NCBI GenBank assembly: GCA_963826715.1
Contig: CAWGYA010000002.1
Span: forward strand, 320,001 to 384,000
DNA from: Candidatus Bathyarchaeota archaeon
Lineage (GTDB): Archaea; Thermoproteota; Bathyarchaeia; Bathyarchaeales; Bathycorpusculaceae
Reading direction: 5' to 3'
DNA: 64,000 bases
Shown here: piece by piece, positions 31,390-41,140 of the stretch
Layout of the letters: each line of letters begins with the position of its first letter
How positions within the stretch are numbered: the first letter of the stretch is position 1
The notes under the pieces: generated by a model
Databases searched by the model: none
What the model saw: the letters and a program-made list of their open reading frames with translations, nothing else
What the model was told of the DNA's origin: nothing
Made by a program: the position numbers and the translations under genes

Positions 31390-32147
31390 ATGGAAAAGAA
31401 ACATTTAGCGTTTGCAGCCTTGCTTGTGATGTTGTCCGCTTTTTTAATAATAGGTCTCATTAATCAAACCGATCAGACCAACAGAAAAGAATCAATCAAA
31501 CGCTTGTTTTAGATGCCGCCAATCTTATCAATGTTAAGGGTGAAGCTGCCTTTTCTGATTTCAGACAGAACGGAACCAAATGGTTCCAAGGCGACAGGTA
31601 CATCTTTGTCTGGAAGACCGATGGGCTCCGACTTGTTTATCCACCCGACAGGACCGGTGAAGGCCAAAACATGAGCACGTTGGTGGATGTAACAGGAAAA
31701 CCGATTGGGAAACTGTTTATAGATATAGCCTTGAGTGAAAAAGGAGAAGGCTGGATAGACTACCAATGGCCTAAACCTGGAGAAACAGAGCCATCAACCA
31801 AACAAACCTTCATCAAAGGTGTCCAAAGCGGTGAAGAGGTTTTACTCGTCGGGTCAGGTCTCTACGTTGAAACATTCGAGGATGTTGTATCTCCGCTGCA
31901 ATATGTTGCCATAATCATAGAAGGCGCAATCGCGGCGGTTGGGTTGTTAATAGCGGTTCGACAGAAAAGAATTCTTGGTTACGGCATATTCCTGACTTTC
32001 ATTCTCTATATTTTCTACGATTTGGCGCGACTGACATCGATTGAAATCTCAGATCTCATTCTCTACCCAATCTTCTTTATAGCTACACTGTCAATGCTCT
32101 GGGTCATCATACTGATTTACAAAGAAAAAGCAGGTACAACTTCCTAA
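31390..32147 (+). pseudogene. Cache-domain membrane sensor, frameshifted near 31500
   Basis: TM N-terminus from ATG 31390; a second frame carries KGEAAF..F...YIFVW, GWIDYQWPKPG and VGSG.Y. Adding one A joins the frames, so this may be a sequencing error. Confidence 0.6.
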
Positions 32148-32151
32148 GTTT

Positions 32152-32181
32152 GGATCAAGGGTTCAAATCCCTCTCTGCCCG
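32152..32181 (+). other. tRNA 3'-half-like fragment (possible att scar)
   Basis: GGATCAAGGGTTCAAATCCCTCTCTGCCCG resembles variable loop + T-arm + 3' acceptor strand; no 5' half nearby. Confidence 0.55.
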
Positions 32182-32325
32182 TTAAGAAAACCTATGCCAC
32201 AGTCCAGGCACAGGTATGTTTGGGTCTTACCTTTACACTTTCCGTTCTTGCATATTCTCTGGCTACCACATCTGGACAGAGATTATTTTGCCGCAATGTG
32301 GACAGTTAATGATCTTATGGTCCAT
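32163..32325 (-). pseudogene. InsA/IS1-like zinc-ribbon remnant
   Basis: SD AGGAG + MDHKIINCPHCGKII, then after a frameshift CP.CGSQRICKNGKCKGKTQTYLCLDCGIGF. Confidence 0.55.
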
Positions 32326-32631
32326 CTTGATTCAACTCCTGGAACAATGCTCTCAAAAAAATGGTGAACTTACGAGTGACGCCTCGAGGGGGTGGTATGT
32401 CCCACCGAACAATAGTTGTGTCTTTTTTGAGGTGAACAGATCTGCTTGAGCGATTTTGATATTTATGTTTTGGCGAAAACGCTTGCTGGAAGGAAGAAGG
32501 AGAACGCGGGAGATGTCACTAGTCAACTATTGCTAGTGCATTATTCATTGTTTCTTTGGTAGTTTAAAAAAAGGGGAGGATACGTTTCGCTGAGAGAAAG
32601 CCTGAAGGTGATATCCCTTTTGAGGTTATGA

Positions 32632-32650
32632 CGTGCTAGGCTACGAGCCC
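32632..32650 (-). repeat. att duplicate of tRNA-Arg nt 1-19
   Basis: Identical to 16803-16821. Confidence 0.9.
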
Positions 32651-32754
32651 GAAATATAATAAACTAAACAACACAATAATGGTGTTGCATTAAAAGATTT
32701 ATGGTAATTCTTATAAACCCACATTAATATTAGAATCAGTCACCTCAAAAATGG

Positions 32755-32832
32755 GGGCCGGTAGCTCAGCACGGCTGGAGCGTTCGACTGATAATCGAAA
32801 GGTCGGCAGTTCAAATCCGCCTCGGCCCACCA
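32755..32832 (+). tRNA. tRNA-Ile(GAT)
   Basis: GGGCCGG/TCGGCCC acceptor, TTCGA-CTGATAA-TCGAA anticodon arm, encoded CCA; one A-C mismatch in the T stem. Confidence 0.95.
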
Positions 32833-33058
32833 TTGTACCCACTTTTAGCTATTTTCCATCCATGTTTCTCGCTGGCTTTGTTTTTTACTTCAATTTCAAC
32901 ACTATTTCCCTAATTCTACAGTATAATTTGTGGATGCAGCGTTTCTTCTAATATTGATTTGACTTCGATTAAACCTTATTTCAGATTCTAAATATTCGAA
33001 TCAGTGAATTAACTATCTCATCTAATAGCCTGATCTGGCACTAACCAACAATTGTTTT

Positions 33059-33925
33059 TCATTCAACCACAGTTAAATGCATCTGTGAATGGGTCCCTAC
33101 AGTTTTAGCATAGACTTTTGAGACTTCGGCGCCGAAAAGCACGATTTCGTTTAGGACAAAAATCCAAAGCAAAATAATTAGCAAAGACCCAGCAGCACCT
33201 GTGACGGTGGTTATTGCAAATGTTTGAATGTAGAATCCAAATATGTAGTTTGTCACGGTGAAAGCAATGCCAGTCACCAATGCGGCTAACGCTACATCTC
33301 GCCAGTGGACTTTGGCTTCTGGAAGCATCTTGTAGATTATCGCAAAAAGCAGAGTAACCACCATAAACGAGAGCATAACCTGAGTTATGGTAAGCACCAT
33401 GTTGGTTAAGATTTCGTTAATTGAAAGCAGCCTAATGGCAGTAAATATGCTGCCCGCAAACGCCGTCCAAGCAACCACAATTAACCCGAGCAAAGAAACC
33501 ACAACGAAAGGCACAATTTTCTGCCGGATCCTCTTCAGAAGTGGCAACCCCTTAGGCATTTTAAATTCCCAGATGCAGTCCATTGCGTCCCGCAGGACCG
33601 AAAATGCACCAATTGCTCCACCAATCGAAAAAGCAATCACAACCACAGCCGTCCACACCGAAGTGAAAAGACCCGTATTCAAAAGTAACTGACTAAACAA
33701 ATCTGCCACAGCCGGTCCTACCACAGCGGTTATTTGCTGAACTATTATCTGAACGGCTTGGGCTTCGCCAACGAAATATGTTAAGATAATGTTAATTATC
33801 AACAATAAGGTTGGTAGGGGCAATATGATGAAGAAGCTAAGGGCTGCTGCCCGTAGAGTGGTGTTGTCATCTATCCAATCAATAAAGGCGGTCTGGAAAA
33901 TAGTGTAAAGTTCCCGTTTAATCAT
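33059..33925 (-). CDS. YihY/BrkB family membrane protein
   Basis: AAALSFF...P, IYKMLP..V.WR, GAAGSL...LLW...LFGAE. Confidence 0.92.
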   Translation of the reverse strand: MIKRELYTIFQTAFIDWIDDNTTLRAAALSFFIILPLPTLLLIINIILTYFVGEAQAVQIIVQQITAVVGPAVADLFSQLLLNTGLFTSVWTAVVVIAFSIGGAIGAFSVLRDAMDCIWEFKMPKGLPLLKRIRQKIVPFVVVSLLGLIVVAWTAFAGSIFTAIRLLSINEILTNMVLTITQVMLSFMVVTLLFAIIYKMLPEAKVHWRDVALAALVTGIAFTVTNYIFGFYIQTFAITTVTGAAGSLLIILLWIFVLNEIVLFGAEVSKVYAKTVGTHSQMHLTVVE

Positions 33926-34073
33926 TTTATAGTTCCGTTTTTGTTTTGGAATGAGAGTTATGTGTGAATCTTTTCCCAGCTAATAATTTTTGGATCTATA
34001 AGTGTATCACAATAAATGAGTTTGCCATAGTTTTTTAAGGTGGCGGTAAGAATACCAGTTAGGGGTAAATGTT

Positions 34074-34442
34074 TTGAGTAAAGAAGAAGAAATGTTAGCT
34101 GAATTAAAAAAAATCAGAGAAGCTCTAGAGAAAGCGCCTCCACCTCAACCACCTAAAGGTTTATGGAACGAATTCAAAGACTTCCTCTCGAAATACAAGA
34201 TTTTCGGATTAGCTGTTGCTTTCATAATTGCCTTATACGTGGGTACGCTAGTTCAGGCGCTAGTCAAAGACATCTTGCTGCCTCTGATTGGCTTGGCAAT
34301 TCCAGGCATTGACAACCTAGCAACCACCACTGCAGGACCATTTGCTATCGGAGACTTCCTTGTCGCTTTGATTACTTTCCTAATCGTTGCCTTGCTAGTG
34401 TTCATTGTTGTTAAGGCAGCAAAGAAATTAAACATCGACTAA
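34074..34442 (+). CDS. mscL: large-conductance mechanosensitive channel
   Basis: EFKDFL...LAVAFII...LVKDILLPLI...GDFL.ALI.F.IVA. Confidence 0.9.
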   Translation: MSKEEEMLAELKKIREALEKAPPPQPPKGLWNEFKDFLSKYKIFGLAVAFIIALYVGTLVQALVKDILLPLIGLAIPGIDNLATTTAGPFAIGDFLVALITFLIVALLVFIVVKAAKKLNID

Positions 34443-34643
34443 AAGGATCTATTCAAAATCAGATCCTCCCTTATTTTTTATTAAACTACGACACAGTTCC
34501 CGGCACACCCAATCTTTCACAGTTCTCTAAACCCTTACTAAAGAGAGCCAAACTGGTTATATTCACCCGTAGTTACCCATATCTCGATCTTTTCACGAAC
34601 GGTTTATATCAAACAACCGTTTTTCTTTATTAGAGGAATTGTA

Positions 34644-34967
34644 ATGAGCAGCGAACCTTTTCATGTAACAGATGCAAATTTTGAGCAAACCATCAAAAAC
34701 AACAAGCTTGTGCTAGTAGATTTTTGGGCTAACTGGTGTGGTCCCTGTAGGGCCCTAGCGCCTATCATAGTGGAGATTGCGCAGGAATACAACGGCAAAA
34801 TGGTGGTAGGTAAACTTGACGTGGATGAGAACCCTGCGACTGCGGAGCGCTTCCAAGTTTTCAGTATCCCAACTATGATACTGTTCAAGGATGGACAAGA
34901 AGCGGAGAGACTAGTTGGGCTTTGCCCAAAAAACCGAATAACTGATGCTCTACAAAAACATCAATAA
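34644..34967 (+). CDS. trxA: thioredoxin
   Basis: DFWANWCGPC and SIPT motifs. Confidence 0.96.
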   Translation: MSSEPFHVTDANFEQTIKNNKLVLVDFWANWCGPCRALAPIIVEIAQEYNGKMVVGKLDVDENPATAERFQVFSIPTMILFKDGQEAERLVGLCPKNRITDALQKHQ

Positions 34968-34971
34968 CACA

Positions 34972-35610
34972 TTATTCGCCATTCATTTTTTCAAACATTT
35001 TCTCAAAAGTCCAGCGTATGCTTGATTTAAGCTCTTTTAGCCTCTCTTCATCAACATTTTTTATAATGATTTCGCGGATTTGATCGCCTTCGCGCACGAT
35101 GTTGTAGCTAAACATTCTATCTGGCGTTAGTTGCCCTAGCCTAACAAGTTCTTTATCTTTTTCCTGCATCTTCGAGAAAACTTTCTCGACTAAAAAGTTG
35201 CTAAACGGGGGGATGTTTACACTGAAGTCCTTGCTCTCATCTGGCATAACATGAATTGTGTGTTTATCAAAGTACATAATCGCCAATGGTTCATCAGTCA
35301 TTGTTTTTAGCGGTATCACAGTTTCTAACGGGGCAGTTGATTGAGCGGAAGGTTTTGGTTCAGCTGCCGGTTTGGGTAAAACCACTTCTTTAGGCATCGA
35401 ATCAGGCACCGTGGGGACCTCTTTTATATCGCCACGTTTGAAACCCTTCTCCAGCAGAATAGTATTAACGGTATCTAGCGTCGCCTGGACTTCCTGTGTC
35501 TCAGTCATTAATTTTTCAAGCTGTTCTTCCAATCTTTTTTTGAAAGCAATCATGGATTTCATTTTTTCAGAGTCTTGAGCCAAACCAATCCCACGCCATA
35601 CAATGCTCAC
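34972..35610 (-). CDS. conserved hypothetical protein (coiled coil + C-terminal domain); start may be about 35583
   Basis: N-terminal coiled coil, Pro-rich linker, PPFxxF and RLKELKSSIRWT motifs. Confidence 0.75.
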   Translation of the reverse strand: MSIVWRGIGLAQDSEKMKSMIAFKKRLEEQLEKLMTETQEVQATLDTVNTILLEKGFKRGDIKEVPTVPDSMPKEVVLPKPAAEPKPSAQSTAPLETVIPLKTMTDEPLAIMYFDKHTIHVMPDESKDFSVNIPPFSNFLVEKVFSKMQEKDKELVRLGQLTPDRMFSYNIVREGDQIREIIIKNVDEERLKELKSSIRWTFEKMFEKMNGE

Positions 35611-35636
35611 TTGTAGCTTATCAGTTTTTAGCTATG

Positions 35637-37406
35637 CTAAGATCCTGAGGAACCGATTTTTTTAAGCTGCAAATTATACATCTCCACAATTTCTTTGGAG
35701 GTAGTAGCATCCTGAGGACTCTTATCAATGCGGTATTTTCCAGTGAATCGTGGAAAACGGATTGCCATTCCACTTCCTTTGCGGATTGAATTCATTGCAG
35801 CCATATGAATAGGACTCAAAGTGACTTCAGCGCCTAATATTTCCAGAACCACCGCCGGTTCAAACCATACGTCTGCCTCCAAGGTGGATTGGACCCGATT
35901 GTTTTTGCGTGGAACTACATGTTTTTGGAGCATTTCGTGAAGCTTGGCAAGATCTTTGTCGGTGAAACCCGTACCGCATTTGGTAACGGTTTCAAAAATG
36001 TCAGAGCCAGGATTGTATGTTGCCAGCAACAGTGCACCATACGCTCCCACACGTTTACCTCGCCCATGAAAAGCCCCTACAACAACTAAATCCACTGTAT
36101 CAGTCATTTCGCTTTTGTAGTCTCGCTTATATTTTATCCAAAGCCAGCCTCGGTTACCAGCCTGATAAATAGAGTCTTTGCCGACTGATTTACATATCAA
36201 TCCTTCGCAACCATCTTCGATAGCTTCCTCAAAAAAGTCCTCGAGAGCCTTCAGGTTTCTCACAAGTTTCTGAGTAGCCGGTCGGATGCGAATGTTTTCT
36301 TTAATTATTTCCTCCAACCTTTTGCGGCGTTCAGGAAACGGTTTCTGAGTCAAATCTACCCCATCTACATAAAGCGCATCGAAGGCGAATAACGAAATGG
36401 GGTATTGGTTAATGGCTTCCTCTACACCGTATTTACGTCTGCGATGCATCAGCTCTTGGAAGGGGCGCATATCACCTGTTTCAAGGTCCATGGCGACGCA
36501 TTCAGCTTCAATAATAATGTCTTTGGCGCTTATTTGGGTACGGATTAAATCAACTGCATCAGGGTACTGCCCTGAAATGTTTTCCAGACGCCTTGAGTAC
36601 AATATGACTTTGTCTCCACTTTTATGCGCCTGAACACGCTCGCCATCATACTTGTATTCGGCTATGCATTTGCCGGCAAATTTGTCGAGTATATCTTGAG
36701 GCTCGCCTAAGCGCTCTGCAAGCATGGGACGGATGGGCTCAAAAACTATCACTTGGAATTTCTCGATGCCTACTAAGCCTTCCTTAGCAACGACATTAGC
36801 GACTCTGCCAAGGTCCGAGGAAATGTTGTAGGCGCGCTCGATTTTTTCGCGGGTTTCTTTACCGCCGCCATACGCAACCGCTAACGCATCCAGCACAGTC
36901 ATATCTGCGATGCCTAATCGTAAATTGCCTGTAACCGTGCGGATAATCCACTTAGCCTCAGTGGGAGAAGCATCTGTGAGAAGCCCTGAGAGCAACGCCA
37001 TCTTGGTGTCTACAGTTCCGCTTCCAGAGGTTTTAGCCAGTTTATCAAGGGTCTCATAAACTCTCTCAATTGTGAGTTTTTTGGTGAAAAACGTAGATTG
37101 CTTGCGTTTAGACAACTGTTTTTCAGCGGTTTCGCCTATATCACCACTTTTCTGAAGATCTTCCTGAATGCTACTTTCACTGCAGCCTGATGCCCGCTTC
37201 AATGCTTTAATCGCTAGTTTCTCAGCAACACCCATCTCGACGCCTTCAAAGTCGGGGTAGAGTTTACCCTGCGTCAAATACACCACCTTGGCAATCACAT
37301 CTTTAGGCGTCCTCTTTAGGAGCTCAACGAGGTAGTCAGTCATCTCCAGCCGCTTAGCAGTTGCTTCGATTTTCTCATAAGAATCAGCGATTACTGCATA
37401 ATCCAT
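35637..37406 (-). CDS. lig: ATP-dependent DNA ligase
   Basis: EYKYDGERVQ adenylation motif, EGLICK, WIKYK, IRFPRF. Confidence 0.97.
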   Translation of the reverse strand: MDYAVIADSYEKIEATAKRLEMTDYLVELLKRTPKDVIAKVVYLTQGKLYPDFEGVEMGVAEKLAIKALKRASGCSESSIQEDLQKSGDIGETAEKQLSKRKQSTFFTKKLTIERVYETLDKLAKTSGSGTVDTKMALLSGLLTDASPTEAKWIIRTVTGNLRLGIADMTVLDALAVAYGGGKETREKIERAYNISSDLGRVANVVAKEGLVGIEKFQVIVFEPIRPMLAERLGEPQDILDKFAGKCIAEYKYDGERVQAHKSGDKVILYSRRLENISGQYPDAVDLIRTQISAKDIIIEAECVAMDLETGDMRPFQELMHRRRKYGVEEAINQYPISLFAFDALYVDGVDLTQKPFPERRKRLEEIIKENIRIRPATQKLVRNLKALEDFFEEAIEDGCEGLICKSVGKDSIYQAGNRGWLWIKYKRDYKSEMTDTVDLVVVGAFHGRGKRVGAYGALLLATYNPGSDIFETVTKCGTGFTDKDLAKLHEMLQKHVVPRKNNRVQSTLEADVWFEPAVVLEILGAEVTLSPIHMAAMNSIRKGSGMAIRFPRFTGKYRIDKSPQDATTSKEIVEMYNLQLKKIGSSGS

Positions 37407-37994
37407 CTGGGTCACAAGGAAAATACAGCAATGCAACTATTAAAATCAAATCTCGACAACACCCGCTAGCAGCATCAGTTCAACTTGAAAAACAAATGCA
37501 CAAAAAGAAAAAAAGGTTGATTCGCCATTTCGCTAGTATGTATAGCCGAGTTTTCTTCATTCATTCGATAGTCAAAGCATTTACTTGGGTAAACTTTTGG
37601 GAGAAAAAATGTTTAGACCTAAATAAAAAAGCAACAATTATCTCTGACAAACAGACTTCAATTCTATACATACCTAACCCATTCTCATCCCATCCCAACA
37701 AACATAGCACAACATACCATTTGAAGCAAAAAAAACAATTTTCCCCATTTCAACAGCAGCTGAAAAAAAGCCTAAACCAAAAAACCAAACAGCCCCACAA
37801 CCCACCATGGGATGGGAAAAACCAAAACCGCCCCATCCCCACACATTAAGAAAAAAGAAAAGCACACACTATAAAACAGAAGCATACAAAACGGTAACCC
37901 CAATTTCGGGGCTAATTTGTGTTTTTGTGCAGTGTGTCTGCGTAGCTTTTATTAAGGCACAACTCCTTTAGATGCCAAACAAGGTGCACCAAGT

Positions 37995-39047
37995 ATGCCA
38001 TCAGTTAAAGTTGCATTAATCGGTGTAGGAAACTGCGCTTCATCATTCATCCAAGGCATCCAATATTACAGTAAACTTGAGAAACCCCAAGATAACATTG
38101 GGCTACGCAACCCCCAACTTGCTGGAATATACCCCAAAGACATTGAGGTTGTTGCAGCATTCGATATAGATAGAGAAAAAATTGGCAAAGACCTCTCAGA
38201 AGCCATATTCTCCAAGCCCAACAATGCACCCAGAGTCTGCGAAATCTCGGAAATCGGGATTAAGGTTACGAAAGGTCCCTTACTTGACGGCATAAGCGAC
38301 TCAGCCAAAGCCATAATTCAAGTTAGCAACGAAACAGACGCTGACGTTGCTCAAGTACTCAAAGAGTCAGGTGCAGAAATCGTCATAAACCTGTTACCAA
38401 GCGGCGCAGCCCAAGCGACCCAATACTATGCCAAACAGGCAATAGATGCTGGATGCGCATTCGTGAATGCCACTCCAAACTTCATCGCAAGTGATCTCAA
38501 CTGGGCAAAAAAATTCGCAGATGCAGGCTTACCCCTTGTGGGCGATGACCTCGTGGATCAAGTCGGTTCAACCTCACTCCACAAAACTCTCCTAAAACTC
38601 CTAAGCAACAATGGAGTTCATATAGACGAAACATATCAGCTTGACGTCGGCGGAGGAACTGAATCCGCAGAAACCATGGAACGTTCACGCGACGCTAAAC
38701 GCAACATCAAAACCGAATCCGTCGCATCTGCACTGCCTTACAAAACCGAAGTTGTTGCAGGCTCAACTGACTATGTGGATTTTCTACAAAACAAGCGAGA
38801 CAGCTACTTCTGGATAAGCGGCAACTACTTCTGCAACACACCCATGAAAATTGACCTCAAATTCCAAACTGTAGATGCTCCAAATGCAGGGTCGGTACTT
38901 TTTGATGTGGTCCGAGCAGTGAAAGTAGCAATAACAAAGAAACAGAGCGGTGCAGTGGATGCAGTTTGCGCCTATGGATTTAAACATCCCCCAAAAATCC
39001 TACCGCTGGACTCTGCAGAAGCAGAATTCACAAAATTCCTCGCTTAA
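37995..39047 (+). CDS. ino1: myo-inositol-1-phosphate synthase family
   Basis: GVGNCASS, GDD...QVG, YQLDVGG, D.PN.G motifs. Confidence 0.9.
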   Translation: MPSVKVALIGVGNCASSFIQGIQYYSKLEKPQDNIGLRNPQLAGIYPKDIEVVAAFDIDREKIGKDLSEAIFSKPNNAPRVCEISEIGIKVTKGPLLDGISDSAKAIIQVSNETDADVAQVLKESGAEIVINLLPSGAAQATQYYAKQAIDAGCAFVNATPNFIASDLNWAKKFADAGLPLVGDDLVDQVGSTSLHKTLLKLLSNNGVHIDETYQLDVGGGTESAETMERSRDAKRNIKTESVASALPYKTEVVAGSTDYVDFLQNKRDSYFWISGNYFCNTPMKIDLKFQTVDAPNAGSVLFDVVRAVKVAITKKQSGAVDAVCAYGFKHPPKILPLDSAEAEFTKFLA

Positions 39048-40144
39048 AAACCGTCAAGACCAGCAATTATTTTCTCTTTTACCCCATTATCTTTCAAGGT
39101 ATCTTTTAGCAAATCTATGGTCCGCACAGGCGTAGGATCCACACCGCGAAGAATCGCCAAATAAACACTCACAAAATCCCCAAGAACCACAGTTGAGAGC
39201 ATTCTAGCCAAAAGACTTATCCCCTGTGCTTCAACCTCAAACATCATCAAACCAGCTTTCTCCATAATTTGCTTAGTTATCTCAATGCGACTCTCAATCT
39301 CCACAGACTCATCGATGTCACGGATAAAAATAATAGAGAAGTACCGAACGCATTCGCCACGGTTTTCCCATCCAACAATTTCGTTGTGGTCAAGCTCTGA
39401 GAAATACTCCCATTTCGCCGGGGATTTACTGTTTTCATTAAATTGAGTCTTAAAACGCTGCGCTACACTTCGGTAAACCCCAAAGCCATAGATTATGGGC
39501 ACAGTTTCATCGATATGCTGAGCCAAATCCTTTGAAGGATTATCTAAAACCGCAATTTCAGGCCCGTTATCTTTACAGACCTTCGCTAAAACCTTCACTG
39601 CTTCATCAAGTTCCATAACTGAACCTGAAACTACACCAATCTTATCCATTAAAACCAAAAGCGGCACAAACAAATAAGGTAACGCAGCACGCGGCGGCAT
39701 TCCACCCGGAACCTGCAGATAGGACACATTATGCTTCCGCGCATACTTGAGCAAGGCACCACCACTACTAATACAGTAAACCATACATTCACGTTCGAGA
39801 GCATCATGAAATGCACTAAGTGACTCCTCAGTATCTCCTGAATAACTAATAACTACCACCAAAGTTTTCTTATCCGCATAATCTGGCAAAGTATATTCCC
39901 GGTACACCTCAATAGGAACTTCTGCCTTGTTTTTAGCCCAATCTTTTAACAAATCCCCACCGATAGCTGAGCCACCCATTCCCGCAACAACAATATTATC
40001 CGGAATAGGAATGTTAAATGTGATTTTCTGCGCTATTTCCAAAGCCTTCTGGTAATGAATTGGTGCATCAACACAGTAATTTAGCATACCACTTCTATCT
40101 ACAGAGCGGATTCTTTCAATATCATCTAAAACAGTTGTGGTCAA
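39044..40144 (-). CDS. bifunctional phosphoglucose/phosphomannose isomerase
   Basis: GMGGSAIGG, SYSGDTEE, PRAA, QFNENSK, ELDHNEI, VDPTPV. Confidence 0.95.
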   Translation of the reverse strand: MTTTVLDDIERIRSVDRSGMLNYCVDAPIHYQKALEIAQKITFNIPIPDNIVVAGMGGSAIGGDLLKDWAKNKAEVPIEVYREYTLPDYADKKTLVVVISYSGDTEESLSAFHDALERECMVYCISSGGALLKYARKHNVSYLQVPGGMPPRAALPYLFVPLLVLMDKIGVVSGSVMELDEAVKVLAKVCKDNGPEIAVLDNPSKDLAQHIDETVPIIYGFGVYRSVAQRFKTQFNENSKSPAKWEYFSELDHNEIVGWENRGECVRYFSIIFIRDIDESVEIESRIEITKQIMEKAGLMMFEVEAQGISLLARMLSTVVLGDFVSVYLAILRGVDPTPVRTIDLLKDTLKDNGVKEKIIAGLDGF

Positions 40145-40234
40145 GTCATATAGCCTCCACGTGACCCGCAGTTTTATATCTCAATCCACCCTTTTAAGCA
40201 CAACGCAGTCAACACAGAGTAAGGAGCAAGGGTC

Positions 40235-41089
40235 ATGGTTAAAAAGAAAATCTCCATCGCTATTCCAACATCAATCATCTCAGATACCCCTCATTTACGT
40301 GAGAAAACCTCCAAAATTGGGTTAATTGCTCGCTCCGCCGCTATTTTCAGAGTTGACCAAATCATCGTTTACCCAGACACCCCAAAAACAAACCAAAAGC
40401 GAGACCAAGAATTCATCGCACTTCTGCTTAACTACTTAGAAACCCCCCAATACCTACGCAAAACGCTCTTCAAACTTGAACCTGACCTGCAATACGCCGG
40501 AATTCTGCCCCCACTACGTACCCCCAATCATCCCCTCAGCGGTAAAACCAAACATCTCAAAGTCGGCGAATACCGCGAAGGCTTGGTGATATCCGAGAGC
40601 AAAGAAGGATTAGCCGTAGATATTGGGGTACAACAACCTGCACTTCTTCGGGAGAAACAGTTCCGTGCCAGGGAACGCTTAACACTACAAGTGGTTAGTT
40701 GTGGTGAATTAATAGAGGTGCAACCAGTTAGCCGTGACGAGGTACCGTTTTACTGGGGCTACTGTGTGAAAGTGGAAGAACACACGTTTGGGAAATTCTC
40801 CAAAACTGGCGATTTCGATTTGAAGATTGCAACAGCAAAGGTAGGAGCCAATTTCGCTGATGTTTCAAATAAGATAAGCAAAAAATGGCAGAGCAGCAAC
40901 AATATACTGATTGCATTTGGTGCACCATCCCGCGGTTTGCACGAAATAGCCGCTGACGAGGGCTTGGAACTCTGTGAACTATCAGATTTTGTCGTGAACA
41001 CTGTCCCAAATCAAGGTACGGTAACTGTTCGAACTGAAGAAGCTCTTTTGGCAACGCTGGCGCTCTTCAACATCTACTTCGTCAACTAA
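40235..41089 (+). CDS. SPOUT RNA methyltransferase (DUF171)
   Basis: ETPQYLRK, GILPPLRTP.H, YWGY, NTVPNQGT.TVRTEEA. Confidence 0.93.
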   Translation: MVKKKISIAIPTSIISDTPHLREKTSKIGLIARSAAIFRVDQIIVYPDTPKTNQKRDQEFIALLLNYLETPQYLRKTLFKLEPDLQYAGILPPLRTPNHPLSGKTKHLKVGEYREGLVISESKEGLAVDIGVQQPALLREKQFRARERLTLQVVSCGELIEVQPVSRDEVPFYWGYCVKVEEHTFGKFSKTGDFDLKIATAKVGANFADVSNKISKKWQSSNNILIAFGAPSRGLHEIAADEGLELCELSDFVVNTVPNQGTVTVRTEEALLATLALFNIYFVN

Positions 41090-41140
41090 GACAAAAGTTG
41101 TTTTTACTTTGTGTTTTGACTAAAGGAATAAATTCTCCTT

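Larger units (their letters stand above)
16803..32650. mobile_element. integrated element / genomic island in the 5' end of tRNA-Arg(TCG), about 15.8 kb, decayed
   Basis: Exact 19-bp direct repeat CGTGCTAGGCTACGAGCCC at 16803-16821 and 32632-32650, integrase remnant next to the left repeat, several pseudogenes, no housekeeping genes inside. Confidence 0.85.

Noticed and set aside
32751-32951. 66-aa ORF MGAGSSARLERSTDNRKV
   Set aside because: Translation of the tRNA-Ile gene.
37361-37865. ORFs 37361-37849 and 37674-37865
   Set aside because: Low-complexity A/C-skewed intergenic DNA with no protein-like motifs.
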